Origin: Paraglomus brasilianum
Lineage: Eukaryota
Assembly: GCA_910592345.1 (NCBI GenBank)
Contig: CAJVPI010000293.1
Span: 1-36,385, forward strand
Direction: 5' to 3'
Length of the DNA: 36,385 nucleotides
The position numbers were made by a program, and so were the translations under genes. Shown here piece by piece: positions 1 through 14,131 of this stretch; within the stretch, counting starts at the first letter, position 1; each line of letters starts with the position of its first letter. A model generated the notes under the pieces. It searched no databases and was not told the origin of the DNA. It saw only the letters and a list, made by a program, of their open reading frames with translations.

Positions 1-37
<37 letters not shown>

Positions 38-61
38 GCTGTTGTTGCTGTTGTTGTTGTT

Positions 62-104
<43 letters not shown>
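1..104 (-). repeat. CAA/CAG trinucleotide repeat encoding >=34 Gln
   Basis: (TTG/CTG)n on the + strand, in frame as Gln codons in exon 2 of the minus-strand gene; truncated by the window start. Confidence 0.9.
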
Positions 105-477
105 GCGAAGCAATTGTCGATGATACACTATGCTCATGTTAAATTCACTAAGTTTTCCGTTGATTTTTGCAACATAATCCGACATGGAGGATGCCTACAG
201 CAATAAATAAGCAGAGTTAGTAAAGGGTATAAAGGAGTGACTGGATTCATGAGGCTTGTAGAAGTATATAACAATACGTTCTATCTACTATACGTAACGT
301 AATATAACATACGCTACTAAATGCTGTCGATTCGATTTTGCGAGCGAGCTGAGTAATTTCACTTTCTGAAACCTTCCCCCTTAAAACGGCTGCAATCTTT
401 TCAAGGATCGGACTTCGTCCGTTGTCTGCTAAAGGCCACTTATTAGCCTGTTGTTGTGGCTGTTGTTGCGTGGCCAT
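1..477 (-). CDS. MED15: KIX-domain + poly-glutamine transcription coactivator, Med15/Gal11-like (5' part; runs off the window edge)
   Basis: Exon 1 477-313 (MATQQQPQQQANKWPLADNGRSPILEKIAAVLRGKVSESEITQLARKIESTAFSS), intron 312-195 (GTATGT...TGTAG), exon 2 from 194 (ASSMSDYVAKINGKLSEFNMSIVYHRQLLRQQQQ...). The pattern W..R..I..KI..L..LA.K.E..AF..A.S..DY..I..KL matches the Med15-type KIX fold, followed by polyQ. Confidence 0.6.
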
Positions 478-2218
478 ATAGTCTTATTAAACGTAAATAG
501 TTATTCTTTGCGACTATGTTTCGCTTTAGCCGCTGGTATATATATAATCTCCATTGTCGAAACAATATGAACTACTATTGGATCATAGTCAATAATTGAA
601 TCATTGGCCACCGACATTCTGTGTTACGAAAATGGTCGGATGTTGATCCAATTTCTTGGAATATAAATAATAAAATTACATCTTGTTCCGAACTGGGTCG
701 ACCCAATTCATTCTGAACGAAGCCATTAATGTGTTACCAACAATAGTGTTACTAGCGCCTTTCGTGTTACAGCGGCTGACAACATAATAATAATAGATCA
801 GAAAAAGAAATAGAGCTATATGTATTATCAAGTTTTACTACATCGATTTAAGAATCGGAGAAAATAACGTTGGTTTATGAGGATCAGGATCTTTTGATTT
901 TAGCTTAGACTGGCTTGGGTTAAAAATGGTCCACTTGAGAGGGTCTCTAATGATAAGTTATTCGTTTCCTCAGTGCCTGTGATAGAGGCAAAGAGCCTGT
1001 TTTATCACTGGGTCACAGGTTTTGTGATGTCTCGATATATTTGCCTGTAGCAATTTCAAAGAACAAAATTCTACATTTGTTTATTATTATGCATAAGCTA
1101 AATCATTTTGACCACGACACATCTCCCTAACTTGCGTGGCACCAACTTGTTATATTCCGTGCGGGAAGCGGCAACATTTTAATATGTGAACAAGAGAGTG
1201 CGGTTAACAGTAACTTGATATGAATTAGTTCATCGAGGCTTGTATCTCATCAACAATGTACTTTCGGTAATGATTCTTTGCTCTCGGTTGCTTTGGCATA
1301 AGAAATCTGCTTAATTCGGCAAATAGTGAATGATAAATTGTATAGAATAGTCGGAAGAAAATATCAAGTTTCTTAACGATGAAGTCTTCTTTCCTACAAA
1401 GCGCGTTAGGCGACAATTAGATTAATTATAATTAATTGGGTAAAGGTAAATCTCGTAGAATTACGCATTGGGAATAAATTATTAAATTAAAGGAAGTATT
1501 AGTATGTATATTATATACAAGTCCCATCACCATAGGCTATGTTCACTTAAACATTCGAGCAAGCCTATTTTATTGTACAAAAAAGATCAATATAGCGACT
1601 GAGATAATAACAAACAATTATTCTAATAATGTATTTTCATGTTCTAGGATTACTCACTCACCGTCTATATGTTCCTACGTTATTTACTATCTTGTGTATT
1701 TTGTTGAAGTATCTATTTACTGACCAAATAATCCAAATATAATTTTTCCTCTCATATTGTTCAGGGATAACTTCTTGGAATCATCAAGGCATTGTTTAAT
1801 TTCACCAAAGAACTGTTCGCCTTCATGACTTCCATTGTCAGCATTCGAATAATCAAAAATAGGTGTTGAGATAGAACCAAGATTGTTTGGATGGTTCGTT
1901 CCTAAGCCACCTCCTTTTGTAAATTCGAATGCTATAAGAAAGGATAGACCTCTCGATGAACTATGGTGTTGAAGAAGTCTGGGGTTGAGACTATGGGAGG
2001 GGCATTATCAATCGATTCATGAGTAGTATATAGTAATCATAATACTTAATACAGCATTAAGCAGAAACGAGATATAGAACTAAACTATAGTTAGAAAATC
2101 AAAATAAACATCTTGTAAAACACATTCGTTCATTCGTTATGCGCTAATTTTTGCTGAAGGCTGCTGGATAGCGGAGCCAAATTTATCGTCACGTTCTGTT
2201 TTAGTAATCCCGCTTTAG

Positions 2219-4100
<1,882 letters not shown>

Positions 4101-4239
4101 GCAGACTGATAGAATTTCACCTCTACAAATTTGGAATTGTCAGAGTAATGTTACATTTCTTGCTAGAGTTTTTTCGAACTGAACATGTTTTTCTTTTAAT
4201 CTAATATATCACGCCTCCTATAATGACGATACATTCATA

Positions 4240-5011
4240 CAGAGAAAACCCTCTAAGTGTACGCTGCTGGGACCAGACCATGGCGTGCATTTAGAGGGGG
4301 TGTGCATTTAGGGAAAATAGTAATTTGTGAACACCATAATATTATATATGACAATATGGACGTTTATTATTCAATTAATTAAAGTATTGATTTATCGTTG
4401 TTTGTTTCATTGACTACTTTTCCTTCCACTAACAAATCTTTCAAGACTGTTTAACTATCTTATCTGTTCACTTGTGTTTTCTTGTTGTAACAAAAATCAT
4501 CATACATTTTCAATGCACTACTGGTGCAATCACCTGTAAGATCCACCTCCATTCTATTAGTGTTAGGAAGAATCTTCGTGTGATTCCAACAATTACAAAT
4601 ACTCTCTGCAGTAATTTCCTCCCAACTTTTAACTACGAATTGAATTGCTTGAAGAATATCCATCTTTGCATCTTGTATAAGCCTACCATTCTCGACTTGT
4701 TCTAATAAAAAGAATGATTTTAGAATTATACAAAAAAGCGAGTTGAAATAATTATTTTTTAAAACTTACTTGATTTGGTAACGTCGACATGAACAATCTA
4801 ATTGGTCAATATAAATATTAATCACGTGCATGCATTTAGGAAATAATAGTTTATATGGACGGACCAAAAAATCATTGCATGTGCAGGATATAGGGGGTGT
4901 GCATTTATCACTGAGTCCCAAGCTCGGGACCGTGCCAAACCGTGCATTTAGGGAGGGTGTGCATTTAGAGGGTGTGCATTTAGAGGGTGTGCATTTAGAG
5001 GGTTTTCTCTG
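4240..5011 (-). mobile_element. Non-autonomous pogo/Tigger-like (DDE_1, CENP-B related) element
   Basis: TIR CAGAGAAAACCCTCTAA at 4240 and its complement ending at 5011, TA flanks, multiple subterminal GTGCATTTAG(A/G)GG repeats. Minus-strand remnant MDILQAIQFVVKSWEEITAESICNCWNHTKILP is the typical pogo transposase C-terminal motif. Confidence 0.88.
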
Positions 5012-5308
5012 TATTATGCATTAACATTAAGTTTCTTTCTTGTACTCTTATATATATGAATTTCGTTATGCCTGGAATATAAATAGGATGTATTACTTGG
5101 CCATTTCCTTTAGTACATAATATGTTTCATAAATTGTTCTAGTCAAAAGACAGGTGGCAAGCCAGTTCCAGACATCGTCATGAGTACAATGATTTGTTGG
5201 CAAGCGGTCTTTGCCCTTTCATCGTAAATGAATACTAATTCATGTTTATTGATTCCCAACACCAACGTTGATTATAGAATGACGGACATTGCTTTGCGTG
5301 CGTTAAAA

Positions 5309-8300
5309 TTAATTTATCAAATCAAGTTGTTGCAATTTCTTGTAAAGAGATGGGATATAATTCCTGGCAAACGATGAGAAATAAAACTGCAATAACAAAG
5401 AAATTATTAGCAAGCGTTGTCAATCAACAACTCAAACAACGGAATTCACAGACAAACTCACCGCATGTTTCGAATTATGCGACTTCTCAAAATTATGCCC
5501 CAATACATGACAAAAAGAGATGAACCAATACACCATCGAATCATAGCTCAATTTGTTGGTTGAGTCATCATAATAATGCAAGTTGAAGAATAACGTTTGG
5601 TCGTGATTAAACGCATCCGACTCTCCATCAGTATCATAGAAAACGTGTATTGCATCCGATGACAGTTCTTGTCCGAACACTTCACGGAGCGTTTTGAGGA
5701 GCTTTACAAATCCGGTGAGATTCTTCTTTTTAAGATCTGTACGGGTGGTATTGACTGTCGCATACACATCCATGTTAGCAAAGGATCGTACGAATTTCAA
5801 AGAATTACCTAGAGAAAGTACATGAATTAGAAATTGCCAATCATTAACATCTAATCTAATAGTTAAAAAACAGTTCTTATACTTACGAGGCACAGCGTCG
5901 CAATAACTTTTCAATCCTTCAATCCTTTGACTATTCACATCGTTTTTAAAATTAGACTTGCAAGACTGTAAAGCTTTTTGCAACTCAGTTTTCAATATCG
6001 TAGTATTCTCCAATGTCATTGGCATTGGTCTCCTCGCCTGCAAATTGTGTACGTGTTGTATTTCAGATACCGATTCGGTTGTGCGAGTCCTCATACGTGA
6101 ACGATATGTCACATGCTCTACGGAACTTTCTGACATTGATTCGATAGAATCATCGTCAACCCCAAGAGTCCTGATGTAGCCCCGATCGTGAATCTGTGCG
6201 ACTGTTGTAGTTCTTTCTGTAACAAACCTCTGTATTTGCTCCCATCCTGCTGGTGTATCCATTTCCTGATAAGCCCCATTATTCATATCTCTGACCGTTT
6301 CGTGGACGACCATCTTCTCCTGTTCGTCTACATTCGGTTTCATAATCCTATTGAGTTGAAAAATCTGCCCCAAAATTTCCTCTGGTGATGTCAAAATGGC
6401 AAGCAGAGACAGTACATCATGGTCTTTCGGCTTCTTATAAATAAAATTACTCAAAGCATGGGCGAGGTCTACGTAATTAAGCTTGCTTTCAGCAGTAATT
6501 AAGGTAAATTCCGGACTCAAGTAACACGAGGTTTGTTCGATTCGAGTTTCTCCTTTTGGAATTAGGGAATATTTTTTTTCGATCTCTCGAACCTCTATGA
6601 CGCGGAGATTCAGTCCTATCCATGAAGCATTATAATTGAATTCGTGAGGTTGGCGATTGTAGTAAAATAAATCTGCGCGTTTCTTGATTAAAGATTCGAG
6701 TTCTCCACATTTCTCGGAAATTCTTTCTTCGCCAACCGGAGTGTGCTTGATAGTTACACACTGTTTTAGCCGGCGACTACCAAGGTACTATAAAAGAATA
6801 TAATATATATTTGTTGAGTTTGTGGTGCATCCATCTGTTATAATACAGATGGAACAATAACGTTTTGTTGAACACCAGAAGTATGTTGAATTATTAACAA
6901 GTACAAATGTCTCTAAGATGGTCCAAACATGAAAATAAACAGTTACTAACTAAATTAGAACGTGTACCGCTGATCATCATATTATGATAATATCCATAAT
7001 TCCACACAGCACATAAGCACCATCTAAAGTACCCTTTTCCTCAGGTTAATGTATTGTCCTTTTTAAATCAATCATTTCCATACCTCGTACATCTTTTCAA
7101 GCAAATTCTCTACTGGGCACGTCGGAACGCCAAAAATTTTCCAAAGATTTTCATCGTCATTTAAAAAAATTTCATTCGCCTTTTCTAGACAGCAACTTTT
7201 CTCATTTGGAGACGATTTCTTGATTCCTAATAACATAGGAGACATTTTCATCGCAAAGACCAATCCAGGTTCACGACTTATTATAGAAAGACTTGCAGCT
7301 ATAGTCTCGAGAACGGCAGTGTATTTCTCTACGTTATAGCCAATTTTGGTCCAGAATTTGGCTGAGGAATTTACAAGTAGCTTGGCAAGATCTACTGCAG
7401 AAGGTGAAATTTTTACACCACATGACTCGAGAAACGAATTTGCACTTGGGCCGAAGTCAATGTAGATGAAAAAGTCCTTGTAGCTAATATGGTAATAGCG
7501 ATAATATTTTGTAATAGAATAAAAATTGAGCTATACTTTTCACTGCGCCGTTAAATACTCGTTAGCTTAAACTCTTACCTCTCATCATCACACATTAAGA
7601 AGCAACTATTTGGATTAAAATATTTGTCTTTTACTGGAATGAAATTTTGTTGACCCAACTTTTTCCAATCAGGCCCTCCCTGCCGTTTCGCAAGATATTC
7701 AAACACCTTCTTCGCCTCATCTGCATCTTTAAGTCGCCCCTTCTCCAACTTCTCAATAAGCTTTGATATTGGTGGATCTTGGCTCACACCCAAATCAGCA
7801 GCATAACTGACATAATCGCGTGATAAAACATTGAAACCCATGATTTGGCATTCAGGATTGACGAAACAGTCGGAAGGGGTGGCATTGATCGAATGACCAA
7901 CACAAGGAAGGAATCCTATGTTTATCTTAGAAGACTTAGACTTGTACTCTGCCATGTATTCTTTCTTGTTTCTGATAAAGTAGTCAAGGGCTTTGCGTCG
8001 GAATTCAGGGGGTCCTGGTGGTGCGGCTAGATCGAGGATGTGGTGTAAGGACGGATGCGTGCGGAGGCCAAGGTTTATTAGGAATTTTTCTACAGATGTT
8101 TTTGTAAAAATTATGTTGGGCCTTGAGTCAATTTATAGACAATTCTAGACATTGGTTGGACATTCACAAACTCACCTTCTTTCATCCTAAACAACCAGAT
8201 TTTCTTCCATTCAATAACTGGCAACGCTAATCCTCTTAATTCCTGAGTGGGTGTATACAATTCCGATAATTTACATCTGGTTCTCTTTTCTGAGATTTCA

Positions 8301-11212
8301 ATATCCTGCCCTTCTTCACGTGGCCATATTTGATCGTCTTGCAATTTCTTCCGATCCTCTGGCTTCAACTTATCGGCTATCGAGGTTAAGTATTTTACTA
8401 ATTCCATATGATCCCAATCCTTCTCTGGATCATTCAAATATTCGAACAGCACATCTAATTTGACATGATCATGAACGCCTAGAAATCTGAGGAGGTCACG
8501 ATAATGGTGAATATGATCCTTTTGAAATTCGACTGTCGATAGATCGGGGAAAAGAGTTACTGATGGGAAGTATGCCTCGCCAGGAACGCGTAGGCCATTT
8601 TTTGTCGGAATTATTTTTTTATCGCACAATAATTGAAAGAGTCCTCTTTTGTTAAAGGCAGGCTTTTGAAAGGCACGTCTGATAGTGCCAAGAAAAGATT
8701 CAGCGAACGCGCCATCAGACTCGAGTTCTTGCAGTTTTGTTTTGAGCATGAATTCTATCCAATCAAGAAACGGAAGTACTTTGTATCTATTGATATGATA
8801 GACATGATTTGTGAATTAGTTGAAGAAAGTGTTGTAATATTTATAAACGTGATACTATCTTAATGAGAGTCTTATGCATATTTACCCAAAGTGGTTCTTG
8901 AGTTCTGCATGGTTGAATATCCTACTAATAGGATATGGCAACATATATTCAGGGAAATCGTTGTTGGGTGGTATCAAACTACTATCCAAAAAATACTTAA
9001 ATTTGGCCAGCGACGAGATTTTATTCTCCCAACCAAGCTTAGCCCGATCGAGGAACCTAGCCTTCTCCGTTCCTGACACTCTATTAGCTGTAACATACTT
9101 GATCCACCAACGTATCAAGGCCGTCATTTCTGTTTCAGTTAACTTTCTGTCGTTCTGCAACTCGTTTTCTAATATATCCTTTAATGTAATATCTGTGATC
9201 ATATTCCGTTTCTTGGCTTTCTTAAAGAAACCTTCACAACCCGCAAGCACTTTCTTTGGAATCGTAGGGATTCTATTGATGAAGTCCTCCATGTCCTCGT
9301 TAGGCAGTTTCGTTTCGATGATAGGACGAACATCATGTGAGGAAACGACAGGGAGAGATTCGGACCAAAAAGTACCTTCTATCAATTCGCCTACTTTCTT
9401 GTTGGGCGTGCTAGAGTGAAAAGTAAATTGGTCAAGTGCGTGCACGGCTCGTCGTATTCTTGTGTCCTCAGAAACAGATTCGTTTTTCCAATCGGGTGAG
9501 ATTATTTTCATTTCATAGTCATACAAGATGCGAGAAAGCACACCAGCCATCGATAACATGTTTCCATTGTATTCGGCTAACGTTATTTCGGCTAAATCAA
9601 TTGACTCGCGCTCGACCTGAGCAACAAAAAAAAGAATTGATAATTAGCAAGTAACCGATAACTATTAATAGCTGGTTAACTAACATAATGCGTCATTCGT
9701 CTTTACCGTAGGAATAACCCTCGCAGCCAAATGTAATGAACATCCGGTCGTTTGAGATGTGGGAAACCCAATGAAGATCTTTCCTTGCTCGGTGTGCGGA
9801 ACCAAATCCTTGAATATATTACTATTATTAATGTTGTCCTCGTTCTCATTAAATTCGGAAAATATCATCTGAATCACGGTCGTGCTTGGCGGTTTCTTTT
9901 TAATAATGCGCTCCATCTTTGCTGAGAACTCTTCTGTCACATGTACATCCAAGTGTCCAGCCGCAATGCGAAGGGAGATTGTGTTTGCATTTGGTGTTAT
10001 GACAGAGCTTGTAGCTTCGATTTTTACGTGTCGCAAGTCGACTGATCTGAGATGGAACATTGCATTCTTCAACATGTCAGTTTTAATATCCATCTGGTGT
10101 GAATCCTCCACTTTTTTAGAGAGTTTTACTTTTGATTCATCGTCTACAGACACAGCTATCTCACGAATGTTTTCGGTAAATGCCTGCAATTTGCATAAAT
10201 GTTAGATATAAGAAGTAGAGTCCAAAGTGTAACGCACTAGCGGCAAGTACCGAAAATAATTCGTTACCATTGACGTGACTAAGAAGTTTGCAAATTCTTC
10301 AAAATTTGGGATCTGTTATCGAGAAAATTAAGCGTCTATTAAAGACAAACCCTAGTAACGACAAGTAATTCATCTCGATCGTATTACTCACTTTCATGGG
10401 CTCTCTCGTGTTCATCAAAGTTGTTGTCCACTCAACACTTGATTCCATTGTATCACGCCTAAAAAACAGCTGGTCGTTCTCCCAACTGAATGCCATGCAC
10501 TCTTTACCAGAAGAAACACTAAAACCAAAGCGTAATGCGTTAACATCCCATGTCATCATCAGTACATGAACAACATAACTTACAAGGGCTCCTCGCATAA
10601 GGAAAATACGGAGTAAAATCCAACGCCAAATGCACCAATCTACAAATTATACTAGTTATAAACCGGTGGTCTTTCTTAATAACCTGTCTTTATACTATCA
10701 TACCTTCTGCACATCGGGATTTCCCTCAGCAATCTTCTTCAACCGGTCCCAGTCCTCTTCTCTGAATTCATCACCATTGTTTTTGAACTCTATGGCGTTG
10801 TATTCGTTGCTGCTGTTGTTTGGATATTCCTTGGTTTGTTCGCTACCCTCGGTCCGAAAGTTTATCTCTATTCTTGATGCCTTCGCATCGTCTATACATG
10901 ACAAATAAGAAAGATAATAAGAAAGATAATAAGAAAGATAATAAGCACCATTCCGCAGCAAAATACTCCCATTCACCAACCTGCATTCTGCAACAATTCT
11001 CTGTAGACTACAAAATCTGTACAATATCTATGATATATTAAATGATAAATACAATACTCGCGGTTAGTATGTTGGGTAATAAATTAGGCTGCCGTCTGTA
11101 CAGATTTATCCCACCTAGCAAGGATTTTGTCGATGAGGGCTCTCTGATTGACTTCTACTCTTTGTCCTATACTATTTGCTAGCACCCGCTTTCTCCGCTC
11201 TTCCAGTGACAT
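5309..11212 (-). CDS. Large sacsin-type GHKL/HATPase protein (DUF3684-like), 13 exons, roughly 1,500 aa
   Basis: Spliced ORF from MSLEERRKRVLANSIGQRVEVNQRALIDKILARY through RELLQNADDA, FKNNGDEF, IAEGNPDVQKIGAFGVGFYSVFSLCEEPF (GHKL motifs) and IFIGFPTSQTTGCSLHLAARVIPTVERESID to FFNLHYY..WFISFCHVLGHNF..HNSKHAFYFSSFARNYIPSLYKKLQQLDLIN*. All 12 GT-AG junctions I checked keep the frame. Confidence 0.85.
10907..10945 (+). repeat. 12-bp tandem repeat (TAAGAAAGATAA) x3 within an intron
   Basis: Read directly; lies in intron 2 of the GHKL ATPase gene. Confidence 0.8.
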
Positions 11213-12041
11213 TTTTTTGAGTAGAAAATATTGCCGTTCACTAAAAGTCGTAGAAGCCTTCCGTAAAACAGAAGAAACAATACTCCCACGAGAGAGTTCG
11301 GTCTTACACTGAAACAAATTGGGGGATCTATGCTGATATTATTATGATAACGATTGTATTCCCAAAAATGTAAACAATGTCATTCTTGCTTCTTTTTTAT
11401 TTTTATTTGGTCACACAAACGCCCAATAGATTAATATAGCCTAATAGCGTCAACGACATTTCCCACTTTAGAAAGTTGAACCACGTGTATGTTTTAACGG
11501 CGATCTAGCTAATCCCACCCCAATGAAGTTAAAGGTCGATGCAATTGGAATAATATGGGCATGAACCAGGTATGAGATTCTCTGCAAACTTGTCTGAAAA
11601 AATACTTTCCAATTCTTCGCACATTCAAATCTCACATTCTAATCCCCACATGTCAACAACTTGCCTGAAAGTTGACAACGGCTCAACACTTTCTCCACCC
11701 GACACCAAATGGATGCGACATTGACGATACCGTTATGCCCTTTGATTGAATTGAAAGTAGTTTTCCTGACTTTTGAGACTTTTGATAATCTTTGAAAGAC
11801 TCGAGTTGAATCATGTAAAAGTCTGATATGTACAGTACATTCTTCATTATGATTACACACCTCCATGATATATCGTTTGCGCCAATCCATTCTCTCTTCA
11901 GCAACGCCGGATCTCTACCATATTAAACTAAAAACTATTCACATCGTTCTAATTCAATCCCGTTATAAATAGTTTGTCATCCAATACATTACGTCATTTA
12001 CCTCTTCTACATTGACGACATCTTATGCACAGCTCTCATTA

Positions 12042-14131
12042 TCATATTCTTTGCACTACACTAGTCCATCCTTGTCGTCTCCGTCCTTTCTTCCCCCACC
12101 TGAATTTAAATGAAACATCATGTCAACACGCTATATTTGTCATATCTCACGGCCACAAGCAATCACTTATATAGTTTCACTTACAGTTCTATTAACCGAT
12201 CACCATTGGAATTTTCAGCACTGTATGCAGCTTGAGGTAACAGTGTTTCTATTATGTCATAGATTATTCGAGGTTTCTCTTCCGTAAGCATATCTGAGAG
12301 AAAATTTTGATTGGAGAAAGAGACGATGAGAAAGTGGTGAGAAAAAAACAAAGAAAATCAAGCAAAATACGTAATGAGTTTACTGATTAAAAAAAAAAAA
12401 GACAATCACCTTCAGTTCGTGGTTTAACAAAATCAAAACAACAATCTGGATTTCTCTGGTGCCGTAACTCAATGTCGCCTTCCTGTCAATATTATAACGC
12501 GTCAGATGGTCAATAATTTAAATACACGTCATCCACATTTATGCACAAGCTCTTTAGGTAACGTTGGATTCATCTTCCAACTGCTAATATTAGCATACAC
12601 TTATATTTTGCATTCTATTCATTCTCTTCTTTCTAATATGACTCATTTCTTTCCTCTCACCTTTCTGAAAACCAGAAGCGTCAGCTTTGATTTACGAAAA
12701 TATTTATATGGCATTTTGACAATCTGATTGTTGATGTGCTTCTTAACCCAACAGAAATTCTCCACGTATCGAAAATGCCATTTGTCAGCAATCTGAATTA
12801 TATCCGGAAGATACTCTTTCTCAACCCAAATAAAAAGGAATCCTACGGGGATTATCTTTGTTATATTTAATGAAGCCTATGAAAAAGAAAGTTTAATTAG
12901 TGGCTACACAAACTGATTATTCCACAGGCACGGCGATGACAAGTATTTACAAATTGCGACAGCGTAATCTTGTGTGGTGATGGAGATTCGCCTGGAAGAA
13001 TTAATGGCGGATCTATCAAAGCTGCTTGAAAGTTCTTTCCAAGACGTAGAAGATTCATTGTCAATATATCAGCTTCATAATACCTATAAATACAATAAAA
13101 TAAAGGTTAACAGACTACACATGAAGAAGAATATATGACAAGCCATTCAAACGACATTTCTGTTTTTGATCCTGACCTTGATCCATGGCCATCCTTTATT
13201 TCATCTGTTGGCGGTAAAATAGTATGCGCCCATGAAAGAGGAACAGGCAATGATGGTATTCTTATATATGTGGGCAATGCTGGATTGACATTGCTAATAA
13301 TAACATAAAATCTTTTCATCTGGTACACCACATACACGCGCGCGTATTATATCGACTATTGAGTTGCGTACCTCACTTTCTTTTTCACTGTAAAGTAGTT
13401 TCCATTCCTGTCTTGCAGTTTTACTTGCATTACTTTATATCGTTGTAGTATAATCTCCCTTCCTATTCCACGCCGTCTCTCTGATTTATCGGCCTTGGTT
13501 CGTCTTTGCCTACTACTACTAGTTCCGAATTCCTCATCCCAGAATGCATCGTCTACCGCCAAATAATCACTTTAAAATAAACGAATTTTTAGTTATAAAT
13601 ATAAGATAATAAATTACAATGCGTATTTCATTTCACTGAACCACCCACTCCTCTTCCTCAAATTCGGCGGTGTTTCCATCTTCAACCTCAATCCTCCACA
13701 ATTCTAAATCGTCAGCATCTTCGGTAGAAGGTAAGAAAGTAGCAGACTTGATAGTGAATATCGAAGTCCTCTTGAAAACCTCTTCTAATTGGGCTTCCGT
13801 CAAGTTTTCATTTTCCGTTTGAGCCGGCGAGGGACTATGAGCGGAATCTCGGGGTTTGGCAGCAGCAAACTCAACTTGGAGTCTCTCTAGTTCTTCGAAT
13901 TTTTTCATTATTGCTTCGACCGATTCGTCGTCTTCGACATAGCCAACATAGTGTGCGTTGCTAATAGAAACGGAACAAACGCGAATTATTGTTATTTTCG
14001 ACGCGAAAAAGGACACGCGTCTAACATAAAACGGATGGAGAATACTGACAGTGTGGTACTCGATGTGCATACCTGGCTGTCGATAAGTATGGATTTCTTT
14101 GGCGTCTTTGACGCAATATCCTTCCGCTCAT
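12042..14131 (-). CDS. MT-A70 family protein with degenerate catalytic motif; likely MTA9-like subunit of the DNA N6-adenine methyltransferase complex
   Basis: Spliced ORF: MSGRILRQRRQRNPYLSTASNAHYVGYVEDDESVEAIMKKFEELE..., then YYEADILTMNLLRLGKNFQAALIDPPL, IIPVGFLFIWVEKE, WHFRYVENFCWVKK, YFRKSKLTLLVFRK, IELRHQRNPDCCFD, EEKPRIIYDIIETLLP, LIELWGKKGRRRQGWTSVVQRI* (stop 12042-12044). These are MT-A70 motifs in canonical order, with DPPL in place of DPPW. Confidence 0.82.

Noticed and set aside
3..206. Plus-strand poly-Leu ORF
   Set aside because: It is the antisense reading of the polyQ exon of the minus-strand KIX gene.
4898..5001. CRISPR-like short direct repeats (and the GVHLEGVHLE ORF 4830-5024)
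   Set aside because: The repeats are about 15 bp, mostly abutting, with no unique spacers or cas genes; they are transposon subterminal repeats.
8874..10205. Plus-strand ORFs of 181 and 107 aa
   Set aside because: Antisense shadows of exons of the GHKL ATPase gene, with no recognisable motifs.
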